Shown: piece after piece, positions 7,797-15,397 of the stretch
Layout: each line of letters begins with the position of its first letter
Position numbering within the stretch: the first letter of the stretch is position 1
DNA from: an uncultured Gammaproteobacteria bacterium
GTDB lineage: Bacteria > Pseudomonadota > Gammaproteobacteria > GCA-001735895
Direction of reading: 5' to 3'
Assembly (NCBI GenBank): GCA_947259305.1
Contig: CAMYML010000017.1
Span: 77 to 24,076 of the forward strand
Length of the DNA: 24,000 nt
Translations under genes and position numbers: made by a program
The notes under the pieces: generated by a model
What the model was told of the DNA's origin: nothing
The model's input: only the letters and a program-made list of their open reading frames with translations
Database searches by the model: none

Positions 7797-9533
7797 TTGA
7801 GCTCTGTCAGCCAAAACTTCCGCTTTACCCTGCTCGCGGCCTTGCTGCTGTTGGCGGGCTGTGCCAGTCTGCAGCAGGCATCGTCGCAGGATAAATCCCT
7901 GCTCGGGCGACTGTTGCCGCAGGTAACTCCGCTTGCCTCGCAGCAGGATCCGGTCGCTGACGCGGCCTACGCCCTGGTGGTCGCCGAAATAGCCCTCAAC
8001 CAGGGCGATACCGCGCTTGCGGTGCAGCACTATCTCGAGGTCGCGCGCTCACAGGATAATCCCGAAATTGCCGAACGCGCGGTGCGCGTTGCGGTTTACG
8101 GGCAAAACCTGGAGGCAGCGATCGAAGCGGCGCGACGCTGGATCGAGCTGGATCCGACCCGGGTCGAAGCGCGCCAGGTAATTGCCGCGATTTATGTGCG
8201 CCAGGACAAGATCCAGGAAGCGTTCACCTATCTCGATGGGCTGATCCGAACCAGCGTACTGGATGACGCCGAGTTGTTCCCGCCGTTGCTGGGGATTCTG
8301 GCGCGTGAGAAAAATGCCAATACCGTGCTCGCGGTTTCGCAGCGCATCGCTTTCGAGTACCCCGAAAGGGCTTATGCCCAGTATCTGCACGGCATGCTGG
8401 CCGCGCAAAACGGTCGCTCGGAAGAAGCGCTCAGGTTTCTCAACCGCTCGCTAGCCATCATCGAGATCGACGGTGTGCATTCGGCGCGCGCCAAAGTGTT
8501 GTTACGGCTGGGTCGCCCCGGCGAAGCGGTTGTCAGCCTGCGCAAGGCGGTGGAGAGCAATCCCGACGACAAGAACCTGCGCCTGACCTATGCGCGCCTG
8601 TTGGTTGACGTTAAGCAGTATGAAGCTGCCCGGGTCGAGTTTGAAAAGCTGCACCAGGCATCCCCCGACGATGCCGAACTGCTCTATACGCTCGGCCTGT
8701 TGTCGCTTGAATCGCAGCGCCTGGACGATGCCGAAAAATACATGATGATGTTAGTCAGGCTTAAGCAGCGCGAGGGCGAGGCGCAATACTACCTCGGCCG
8801 CATCAACGAGAATCGCAAGCTGTACGAGGATGCGATCGAGTGGTATGAGAAGGTGTTTGTCGGCGAGTATAAGTTCGATGCGCGCCTGCGTGTTGCCGAT
8901 ATGCTCGGCCTGCTGGGACGTACCGACGAGGCGCTCGGGCATCTGGATGGGATGCTCAAGGGCAGTCAATCGGACGGATCCCTGGTGCGAATCTACATTA
9001 GCAAGGGCGAACTGTTGCGCAGCGCTCGGCGTTATCCGCAGGCGATGGAGGTGTTCGATACCGCGCTCGGCATCGTTCCCGGTAACAGCGATCTGCTTTA
9101 TGCGCGCGCGCTGGTGGCCGAGAAGCTCGGGCGTATCGATATACTCGAAGCGGACATCGGCGCCATCCTCAAAACCGAACCCGACAATGCGCATGCGCTC
9201 AATGCACTCGGATTTACCCTGGCAGATCAAACCGATCGTTACGAGGAAGCCTACACTTATCTCAAACGCGCAATCGAGATAATGCCCGACGACGCGGCTA
9301 TCATCGATAGCTGGGGTTGGGTGCATTACCGCCTGGGCGACTACGACAAAGCCATTAGCCTGTTGCGCAAGGCCTTGTCGCAATTCGATGATGCCGAGAT
9401 CTCGGCCCATCTGGGCGAAGTCCTGTGGGTTAGCGGCAATCAGCAGGAAGCCAAACAAATCTGGCAAAGGGCGCTAAAAAAATCGCCTGATGATCCCGCG
9501 CTGGAAAACGTGATGCAGCGCTTTATCCCCTGA
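7797..9533 (+). CDS. TPR-repeat lipoprotein (conserved partner upstream of lolB)
   Basis: Long TPR-rich ORF. I place the start at TTG 7797, which has GGAG 6 nt upstream and gives a lipoprotein signal ...FTLLAALLLLAGC. ATG 7722 is an in-frame alternative. The ORF-track start at 7632 overlaps hemA. Confidence 0.8.
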   Translation: MSSVSQNFRFTLLAALLLLAGCASLQQASSQDKSLLGRLLPQVTPLASQQDPVADAAYALVVAEIALNQGDTALAVQHYLEVARSQDNPEIAERAVRVAVYGQNLEAAIEAARRWIELDPTRVEARQVIAAIYVRQDKIQEAFTYLDGLIRTSVLDDAELFPPLLGILAREKNANTVLAVSQRIAFEYPERAYAQYLHGMLAAQNGRSEEALRFLNRSLAIIEIDGVHSARAKVLLRLGRPGEAVVSLRKAVESNPDDKNLRLTYARLLVDVKQYEAARVEFEKLHQASPDDAELLYTLGLLSLESQRLDDAEKYMMMLVRLKQREGEAQYYLGRINENRKLYEDAIEWYEKVFVGEYKFDARLRVADMLGLLGRTDEALGHLDGMLKGSQSDGSLVRIYISKGELLRSARRYPQAMEVFDTALGIVPGNSDLLYARALVAEKLGRIDILEADIGAILKTEPDNAHALNALGFTLADQTDRYEEAYTYLKRAIEIMPDDAAIIDSWGWVHYRLGDYDKAISLLRKALSQFDDAEISAHLGEVLWVSGNQQEAKQIWQRALKKSPDDPALENVMQRFIP

Positions 9534-9547
9534 AGTATCTGCCACGC

Positions 9548-10192
9548 TTGTTACGTTCCAGTTTCCTCGTCGCCGTGATGTTGGCGGTTACCGGCTGCAG
9601 TCAACTCCACGGCCCGTCCAATAGCGCGCAGAAGCAGCAGCTCTGGTCCCGCCAGCAGCAGGCAATGGGCGCGGTGAATAGCTGGAATATCCATGCACGG
9701 GCGGCGCTGAAGCTGAAAGGTGGGGTTTATAACATCGGCCTGAGCTGGCAGCGCGACGCTGATCGGTTCATGTTGCTGCTGGAAGCGCCCTTTGGGCAGG
9801 GCGTATTCCGTATCGATGGTAGCGTCCGCGACAAATACCGATTGCGCTTGCCTGACGGACAGGTTTTTAGCAATGCGACGCCGGAGGCGCTGCTCGAGGA
9901 TGTCATCGGCTGGTCGTTGCCGATTAGCGGCCTCGAGTACTGGATCCGCGGCATGCCGCAACCCGACGCTGATTTCAGCCGTCGTATTGATTCGCGCGGC
10001 CGGGCACGCTCGATCAGTCAGGCCCGCTGGACAATCGTTTATCTCGACTACTTTGACGCGCCGCTGGAACCGCAGTATCCGCGTAGAATAAAATTGAGTC
10101 GCGATGATTTAACCCTGAAGCTTGTGATCGAACGCTGGCAGCAATCCGAAGCCGGGCAGGACCCGCCTGACCTTTTTCCCGAGTTCAACTGA
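9548..10192 (+). CDS. lolB: Outer-membrane lipoprotein LolB
   Basis: 214-aa ORF with a TTG start and lipobox AVTGC. LolB-like length, and positioned between the TPR gene and ispE. Confidence 0.85.
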   Translation: MLRSSFLVAVMLAVTGCSQLHGPSNSAQKQQLWSRQQQAMGAVNSWNIHARAALKLKGGVYNIGLSWQRDADRFMLLLEAPFGQGVFRIDGSVRDKYRLRLPDGQVFSNATPEALLEDVIGWSLPISGLEYWIRGMPQPDADFSRRIDSRGRARSISQARWTIVYLDYFDAPLEPQYPRRIKLSRDDLTLKLVIERWQQSEAGQDPPDLFPEFN

Positions 10193-10193
10193 C

Positions 10194-11042
10194 ATGGCGC
10201 AGATTTTACGCTTGCCCGCTCCGGCAAAACTCAACCTGATGTTGCATATCACCGGGCGCCGCGACGATGGCTATCATCTGCTCGAAACCGTGTTCCAGTT
10301 TATCGATCTCAGCGACCGGCTCGAATTCGAGCTCAACCTGAGCGGTCGCATCGAGCGCCGCGCGGGTAACTCGCCGGTGGCCGCGACGGACGATATCCTG
10401 CTCAAGACTGCGACTATACTGCAGACGCGCTACCAGGTTAGAGCGGGGGTCAGCATTGCGATCGACAAGAAGATCCCGATCGGCGGTGGGCTAGGCGGTG
10501 GCAGTTCGAATGCGGCTACCTGTCTGCTGGCGCTGAATCAGCTCTGGCAACTGGGCCTGTCACTGGATCGACTGGCCCGAATCGGTCTCGAAATCGGGGC
10601 CGACGTACCGGTTTTCGTCGCCGGCCGGGCGGCCTGGGCGAGCGGTATCGGCGAGCAACTGCAGCCGATCGAGCTGGAGCAGCCGATTTACCTCGTAATC
10701 GACCCGAAAATCGAGGTTTCCACCGCGCAAATATTTGCCGCGCAAGAATTGACACGCAACTGCGATCCCCTCACAATACGCGCCTTTCTGCGCGGCTCGG
10801 GCACTAATGTATGTGAACCGGTGGTACGCAAGCTGTATCCACAGGTAGCTGCCGCGCTCGACTGGTTAGGTCAGTATGCGCCAACCAGAATGAGTGGTAC
10901 CGGCGCCTGCGTATTTGCCGCCTTCGATAGCCTTGAGCAGGCAGAAGGGGTAAAATTGCGGGTTCCGAAAAACTGGACCGCGTTTGTCGCCAGGGCATTG
11001 AACGTGAACCCGGTACACCAGCAACTCGGGTTACTGGTTTGA
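10194..11042 (+). CDS. ispE: 4-diphosphocytidyl-2-C-methyl-D-erythritol kinase
   Basis: 282-aa ORF with PAPAKLNLMLHITGRRDDGYH and the GHMP-kinase motif PIGGGLGGGSSNAA. Confidence 0.93.
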   Translation: MAQILRLPAPAKLNLMLHITGRRDDGYHLLETVFQFIDLSDRLEFELNLSGRIERRAGNSPVAATDDILLKTATILQTRYQVRAGVSIAIDKKIPIGGGLGGGSSNAATCLLALNQLWQLGLSLDRLARIGLEIGADVPVFVAGRAAWASGIGEQLQPIELEQPIYLVIDPKIEVSTAQIFAAQELTRNCDPLTIRAFLRGSGTNVCEPVVRKLYPQVAAALDWLGQYAPTRMSGTGACVFAAFDSLEQAEGVKLRVPKNWTAFVARALNVNPVHQQLGLLV

Positions 11043-11052
11043 ATAGTATTAT

Positions 11053-11219
11053 TGGGCCGTCGCCAAGTGGTAAGGCACCAGGTTTTGATCCTGGCATTCG
11101 TTGGTTCGACAAAATCGCCGGGAGCGATTTTGGACGCGCGAAGCGCGGCCCTGCAGGATGGCCGAAGGCCGTCCGGAAGGGCGAAATACAGGATGTATTT
11201 CGCAATCCAGCCGGCGCGG
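11053..11219 (+). pseudogene. tRNA-Gln(UUG) copy interrupted in the T-loop, with a degenerate 3' acceptor strand
   Basis: 11053-11109 is identical to the first 57 nt of the intact tRNA-Gln. A ~95-nt insert follows, then ATCCAGCCGGC and GCGG in place of CCAGCCA. This gives a G3:G70 mismatch and no CCA. Confidence 0.6.
11110..11204 (+). repeat. Multi-hairpin insert, copy A (~95 nt)
   Basis: H1 is 11110-11132 (9 bp). M1 is 11135-11147 (CGCGC-gaa-GCGCG). M2 is 11148-11182 (GCCC...GGGC with inner GGCC-gaa-GGCC). H4 is 11183-11201 (GAAATACA-gga-TGTATTTC). Confidence 0.65.
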
Positions 11220-11281
11220 ATTGACAATCCGTTGGGGAAACTGGAGACAAAGTCAGCAGGAATGCCGGCGTAAAAGTATAT

Positions 11282-11356
11282 TGGGCCGTCGCCAAGTGGT
11301 AAGGCACCAGGTTTTGATCCTGGCATTCGTTGGTTCGAATCCAGCCGGCCCAGCCA
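11282..11356 (+). tRNA. tRNA-Gln (anticodon UUG), intact, with encoded CCA
   Basis: Cloverleaf readable by eye: acceptor TGGGCCG/CGGCCCA, D-arm GCC-AAGTGGTAA-GGC, anticodon arm CCAGG-TTTTGAT-CCTGG, T-arm GTTGG-TTCGAAT-CCAGC, G73, CCA. Closely parallels E. coli tRNA-Gln. Confidence 0.93.
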
Positions 11357-11416
11357 AATTTATCGGACGCAAGCCGAGGTAGCGCAGAAAGTGCAACCTG
11401 GCTGGATGAGAACCCA

Positions 11417-11512
11417 GGTTCGACAAAATCGCCGGGAGCGATTTTGGACGTCCGCAGGACGGCCCGCAGGGCGAAATACAGGATGTATTTCGCAATCCAG
11501 CCGGCCCAGCCA
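11417..11512 (+). repeat. 3' tRNA-Gln fragment (T-loop to CCA) carrying insert copy C (~71 nt, 11424-11494)
   Basis: GGTTCGA, then the insert, then ATCCAGCCGGCCCAGCCA (a perfect tRNA-Gln 3' end). H1 is 11425-11445, M1 is 11449-11461 (CGTCC-gca-GGACG), M2 is 11462-11472 (GCCC-gca-GGGC), H4 is 11473-11491. No tRNA 5' half lies upstream. Confidence 0.6.
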
Positions 11513-11524
11513 TACAAAGGCTAC

Positions 11525-11558
11525 TTGCCGGGACAGTGCAGAGCGTACTGTCCGGCAA
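11525..11558 (+). other. Strong hairpin between the tRNA-Gln cluster and prs
   Basis: TTGCCGGGACAGT / ACTGTCCGGCAA forms 12 bp with one bulged G and a 9-nt loop. No U-tract follows, so it is not a canonical intrinsic terminator. Confidence 0.45.
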
Positions 11559-11593
11559 ATAGCCTAAAGAGTTTTTGCAGACGAGAGAGCCCG

Positions 11594-12559
11594 ATGGCTG
11601 GCAGTGTAACCTCGAATGACTTGATGGTTTTCACCGGGAATGCCAACCCTGAGTTGGCCCGCACGATAGTACGGCACCTGGATATTCCCCTCGGCATCGC
11701 TTCGGTGAGCAACTTCAGCGATGGTGAAACCTCGGTTGAAATTGGCGAAAACGTGCGTGGTAAGGATGTCTTCGTCGTCCAGCCGACCTGCGCGCCGACC
11801 AACGACAACCTGATGGAATTGCTGGTGATGATCGACGCGATCAAGCGCTCATCGTCGGACCGGGTAACCGCGGTAATTCCTTACTTTGGTTACGCCCGCC
11901 AGGACCGGCGGGTGCGTTCGCAGCGAGTGCCGATTACCGCTAAGGTGATCGCCAACATGCTGACCGGCGTCGGCGTGGACCGGGTGCTGACGATTGATCT
12001 GCACGCGGACCAGATCCAGGGATTTTTCGAATGCCCGGTGGATAACGTTTACGCCTCGCCGATTTTAATGGGCGATATCTGGAAACAGAAGTATCCGGAT
12101 ATGATCGTGGTATCCCCCGATGTCGGGGGCGTGGTGCGCGCCCGGGCGATCGCAAAACAGCTCGATGATTCCGAACTCGCAATCATCGACAAGCGGCGAC
12201 CGCAGCCGAACATGGCCCAGGTGATGAATATCATTGGTGAGGTTAAGGGTCATACCTGCATCATCGTCGACGATATGGTCGATACTGCCGGCACGCTGTG
12301 CCAGGCGGCGACCGCGCTCAAGGAGCATGGCGCCAAGGGCGTATTCGCCTACTGTACCCACCCGGTGTTGTCGGGTAAGGCGATTGAAAATATAGAGAAT
12401 TCTGCCATGGATGAAATGGTGGTCACCGATACGATACCGCTGTCGGAAGAAGCGATGCACTGCACGCGCATCCGCCAGGTTTCGGTAGCGGGTATGCTCG
12501 CGGAGACGATCCGCCGCATCCATTACGAAGAATCGGTCAGTTCGCTTTACATGGACTGA
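11594..12559 (+). CDS. prs: Ribose-phosphate pyrophosphokinase (PRPP synthetase)
   Basis: Strong similarity to E. coli Prs throughout ([45 protein letters not shown]). Start placed at ATG 11594 after GAGAGAG; ATG 11624 is an alternative. The ORF-track extension back to 11330 runs through the tRNA locus and is spurious. Confidence 0.95.
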   Translation: MAGSVTSNDLMVFTGNANPELARTIVRHLDIPLGIASVSNFSDGETSVEIGENVRGKDVFVVQPTCAPTNDNLMELLVMIDAIKRSSSDRVTAVIPYFGYARQDRRVRSQRVPITAKVIANMLTGVGVDRVLTIDLHADQIQGFFECPVDNVYASPILMGDIWKQKYPDMIVVSPDVGGVVRARAIAKQLDDSELAIIDKRRPQPNMAQVMNIIGEVKGHTCIIVDDMVDTAGTLCQAATALKEHGAKGVFAYCTHPVLSGKAIENIENSAMDEMVVTDTIPLSEEAMHCTRIRQVSVAGMLAETIRRIHYEESVSSLYMD

Positions 12560-12625
12560 CGATAGCCGCGAAAGTGGCTGTCTGGATTATGCTCTGCATA
12601 GGTCAACCTGACTTAGTGGAGCACG

Positions 12626-12665
12626 AAAACCGTAAAATGCTATTTTACGGTTTTCTTCATTTTTC
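12626..12665 (+). terminator. Intrinsic terminator after prs
   Basis: 13-bp perfect stem AAAACCGTAAAAT / ATTTTACGGTTTT (12626-12638 / 12642-12654) with a 3-nt loop, followed by CTTCATTTTT. Confidence 0.7.
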
Positions 12666-12690
12666 AATCACCCGCGTGATCGGAAAATGC

Positions 12691-12795
12691 TGGCACATCC
12701 GTGTGCCACGGAAATCTCGGCTGTAAGCCGAAATTCGTTGATCCTGTCTGGTCGCAAGACAGGCCTCCGTCTGCGGACGGGTTTTATTTTTGGAG
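12691..12795 (+). promoter_or_regulatory. Structured rplY leader: four hairpins, the last terminator-like and abutting the RBS
   Basis: Hairpins at 12691-12708 (7 bp), 12717-12731 (5 bp) and 12743-12763 (7 bp). A fourth at 12766-12781 (6 bp including one G-U pair) is followed by TTTTATTTTT (12782-12791). GGAG lies at 12792-12795. Confidence 0.45.
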
Positions 12796-12802
12796 TACAG
12801 CA

Positions 12803-13147
12803 ATGTCAGACGTTATACATTTGAAAGCTGCACTACGCTCTGACTCAGGGAAAGGTGCGAGCCGCCGCCTGAGACACCAGGGCCTGGTGCCAGCAATCGT
12901 TTACGGTGGCGAGAGAGATCCCGCCATGATCACTATTCCGCAAAACGAGTTCATTCATGAACTCGAAAACGAAACGATTTATACGCAGGTTATCGAACTG
13001 CGTGTTGGCGATAAGAAGCAGGAAGTTATCCTGCGCGATCTGCAGCGTCATCCCTACAAGAACAAGGTGCTGCACGCCGATTTTTTCCGCATCGACCAGA
13101 ATACGCCGATCAAAGTCGTGGTCCCGATCCATGTCAACAATGCCTAA
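12803..13147 (+). CDS. rplY: 50S ribosomal protein L25, N-terminal 5S-rRNA-binding domain (reading frame ends at an in-frame TAA)
   Basis: 114 codons. MSDVIHLKAALRSDSGKGASRRLRHQGLVPAIVYGG... matches the L25/Ctc N-domain. GGAG lies 7 nt upstream of ATG 12803. Confidence 0.85.
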   Translation: MSDVIHLKAALRSDSGKGASRRLRHQGLVPAIVYGGERDPAMITIPQNEFIHELENETIYTQVIELRVGDKKQEVILRDLQRHPYKNKVLHADFFRIDQNTPIKVVVPIHVNNA

Positions 13148-13522
13148 AACTGCGTTGGCGTGAAACTGGACGGCGGCATGATGACGCAGCTGGTAAACGA
13201 GGTCGAGATTATCGCATTGCCGAAAAATCTGCCGGAATATCTCGAAATCGATGCCGAGAATCTGCACCTGGGCGAGATCCTGCACCTGACCGATATTCAA
13301 ATGCCTGAAGGCGTTGAGATCGTTTCGCTGACCCACCTCGAAGATGTCGAAGACATCTAGCATGACGACCATAACTTCGGCGTGCTGTCGGTGGTCAAGA
13401 CCCGTGAAGAAGTGATCGAGGAAGAGGCGCCTGAAGCGCCCGAAACCGAGGTTGGCGAAGAGGGTGAAGTCGCTGAAGACGGTGCCGAAAAGTCTGAAGG
13501 CGAAGCCAGCGACGAAGACTAA
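13148..13522 (+). pseudogene. rplY: Ctc-type C-terminal domain and acidic tail of L25, in frame with rplY but cut off by TAA (13145) and interrupted by TAG (13358)
   Basis: The same frame as 12803 continues as NCVGVKLDGGMMTQLVNEVEIIALPKNLPEYLEIDAENLHLGEILHLTDIQMPEGVEI...I*HDDHNFGVLSVVKTREEVIEEEAPE...SDED, ending at TAA 13520-13522. It aligns with the C-domain of Pseudomonas-type Ctc. Confidence 0.7.
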
Positions 13523-13530
13523 CCCGCTCG

Positions 13531-14115
13531 ATGGCTGCGCTAACCGCAGATATTCGTTTGATAGTCGGCCTCGGTAATCCCGGGGCCGATTACGTTGATA
13601 CGCGCCATAACGCCGGCTTCTGGTTGATCGATTTGCTGGCGCAGGACCGCTCGCTCAACTTCCGTTTTGAAAAGCGCTACAACGCGGACGAATGCAAGCT
13701 CAAGGTGGAAGGCAAGGACGTCTACCTGCTCAAACCGCAAACTTTCATGAACCGTAGCGGTCAGGCGGTCGCCGCGCTGGCGCGTTACTACAAGATAAAA
13801 CCGGAACAGATGCTGGTGCTTCACGACGAGCTCGATTTGCCACCCGGCAGCAATCGCATCAAGCAGGCCGGCGGTCACGGTGGCCACAATGGTTTGCGCG
13901 ATATCATCAGTCATCTCGGCAGCCGTGATTTTTTTCGTATTCGCGTCGGTATCGGCCACCCGGGAGACAGCAAGCAGGTGATCAACTACGTTTTACACAA
14001 ACCATCGGCGGTGGATCTTAGCGCTATCGACACCGCCAACCGCGATACGCTTGCGGTCATGCCGCTGGTTTTCGAGGGGCGCATCGACAAGGCGATGCAG
14101 GCCCTGCATACCTGA
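13531..14115 (+). CDS. pth: Peptidyl-tRNA hydrolase
   Basis: 194-aa ORF with [21 protein letters not shown] and [12 protein letters not shown] signature regions. Confidence 0.95.
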   Translation: MAALTADIRLIVGLGNPGADYVDTRHNAGFWLIDLLAQDRSLNFRFEKRYNADECKLKVEGKDVYLLKPQTFMNRSGQAVAALARYYKIKPEQMLVLHDELDLPPGSNRIKQAGGHGGHNGLRDIISHLGSRDFFRIRVGIGHPGDSKQVINYVLHKPSAVDLSAIDTANRDTLAVMPLVFEGRIDKAMQALHT

Positions 14116-14125
14116 GAGATTTGTT

Positions 14126-15217
14126 ATGGGATTCAAATGTGGCATCGTCGGCTTGCCCAATGTCGGTAAATCGACTCTTTTCAACTCGTTGACGAAGGCC
14201 GGCATCGCCGCCGAAAACTATCCGTTTTGCACCATCGACCCGAACGTCGGCGTGGTGGAAGTGCCCGATCCGCGCCTGCAGCAACTCGGGGATATCGTGC
14301 AACCGAAAAAAGTCATTCCGACGACGATGGAGTTCGTCGATATCGCCGGGCTGGTCGCGGGTGCCTCGAAGGGTGAGGGACTCGGCAACCAGTTTCTCGG
14401 GCATATCCGCGAAACCGACGCAATCGCCCAGGTGGTGCGCTGCTTCGAAGACGAGGATATCGCGCATGTCAGTAACCGGATTCATCCGCTTAGCGATATC
14501 GAAACCATCAACACCGAATTGTTACTCGCCGACATGGAGTCGATCGCGCGCCAGACCGAGCGCGCCGCCAAGCAGGCAAAATCGAACGACAAGGAGGCGA
14601 AGGCCAAATACGAGTTCATGCTGGCGGTGCAGGCCCACGTCGAGAGCGGTACCAGTGCGCGCAGCTTCGAGCCAAGCGATCAGCAACGACCCTGGATGAA
14701 AGATCTGCACCTGATTACTGCGAAGCCGGTGTTGTATATCGCCAATGTTTCCGAAGACGGGTTCAAAAACAACCCGCACCTCGATGCCGTCGCCGAGTTT
14801 GCGGCCAGCGAGGGCGCCGAAGTAGTCGCGGTCTGCGCAGCAATAGAGGCAGACATCGCAGAACTCGACGCTGAAGAGGCGTCGGAGTTTTTGCAGGAAA
14901 TGGGTCTCGACGAACCGGGCCTGAATCGCGTCATCCATGCCGGTTACAAGCTGCTGCACCTGCAAACCTATTTCACCGCCGGTCCGCAGGAAGTACGTGC
15001 CTGGACTATCCGCGTCGGTGATACCGCCCCCAGGGCGGCCGGGGTAATCCATACCGATTTTGAAAAGGGCTTTATCCGCGCCGAAGTGGTCGCTTTCGAC
15101 GACTTTATCGCCGGAAACGGCGAGCAAGGCGCCAAGGATGCCGGCAAATGGCGCCTCGAGGGTAAGGATTACGTCATGCATGAGGGTGATGTCGTGCACT
15201 TCCGCTTTAACGTCTGA
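14126..15217 (+). CDS. ychF: Ribosome-binding ATPase YchF (Obg-family GTPase fold)
   Basis: Begins [20 protein letters not shown] (P-loop) at ATG 14126. C-terminal TGS-like region ends ...[12 protein letters not shown]. The ORF-track start at 14051 overlaps pth and is rejected. Confidence 0.95.
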   Translation: MGFKCGIVGLPNVGKSTLFNSLTKAGIAAENYPFCTIDPNVGVVEVPDPRLQQLGDIVQPKKVIPTTMEFVDIAGLVAGASKGEGLGNQFLGHIRETDAIAQVVRCFEDEDIAHVSNRIHPLSDIETINTELLLADMESIARQTERAAKQAKSNDKEAKAKYEFMLAVQAHVESGTSARSFEPSDQQRPWMKDLHLITAKPVLYIANVSEDGFKNNPHLDAVAEFAASEGAEVVAVCAAIEADIAELDAEEASEFLQEMGLDEPGLNRVIHAGYKLLHLQTYFTAGPQEVRAWTIRVGDTAPRAAGVIHTDFEKGFIRAEVVAFDDFIAGNGEQGAKDAGKWRLEGKDYVMHEGDVVHFRFNV

Positions 15218-15219
15218 CC

Positions 15220-15248
15220 TTGACAGCGCGCGGTCTTCAGGCGAAAAT
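15220..15248 (+). promoter_or_regulatory. Putative sigma70 promoter for tRNA-Met
   Basis: TTGACA (15220-15225), 17-nt spacer, GAAAAT (15243-15248), followed by a GC-rich discriminator CGCGCGC. It lies about 45 nt upstream of the tRNA. Confidence 0.4.
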
Positions 15249-15293
15249 CGCGCGCTCTCCACGACCGGGCAACCCGGTCAGCAAAAAAACAAT

Positions 15294-15370
15294 GGCTACG
15301 TAGCTCAGTTGGTTAGAGCACATCACTCATAATGATGGGGTCCCCTGTTCAAATCAGGGCGTAGCCACCA
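15294..15370 (+). tRNA. tRNA-Met (anticodon CAU, elongator type), with encoded CCA
   Basis: GGCTACGTAGCTCAGTTGGTTAGAGCACATCACTCATAATGATGGGGTC... is nearly identical to E. coli elongator tRNA-Met through the variable loop. The T-arm CCTGT-TCAAATC-AGGG is less regular. A T7 run follows the CCA. A lysidine-modified tRNA-Ile2 cannot be fully excluded from sequence alone. Confidence 0.9.
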
Positions 15371-15397
15371 TTTTTTTCAATGACTTAGCGCACTTTC

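Noticed and set aside
8751-9467. 238-aa minus-strand ORF inside the TPR lipoprotein gene
   Set aside because: It is an antisense shadow ORF with no recognisable domain, and the sense strand has a clear TPR repeat pattern.
11398-11416. CTGGATGAG, resembling the hammerhead ribozyme CUGAUGA core, near insert copy C
   Set aside because: It has an extra G relative to the consensus. It lies in a hairpin loop rather than between stems I and II. No matching GAAA/stem III/cleavage-site arrangement could be assembled.
10804-11593. Long ORFs crossing the tRNA-Gln locus (10804-11517 and 10871-11326 on the minus strand, 11253-11558 on the minus strand, and the 11330-11593 N-terminal extension of prs)
   Set aside because: They run through tRNA genes and hairpin repeats. 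Their repeated peptide segments merely translate the repeated DNA. prs homology begins only at about 11594.
14522-15262. 246-aa minus-strand ORF opposite ychF
   Set aside because: It is antisense to a highly conserved YchF sequence, with no motifs and no RBS.
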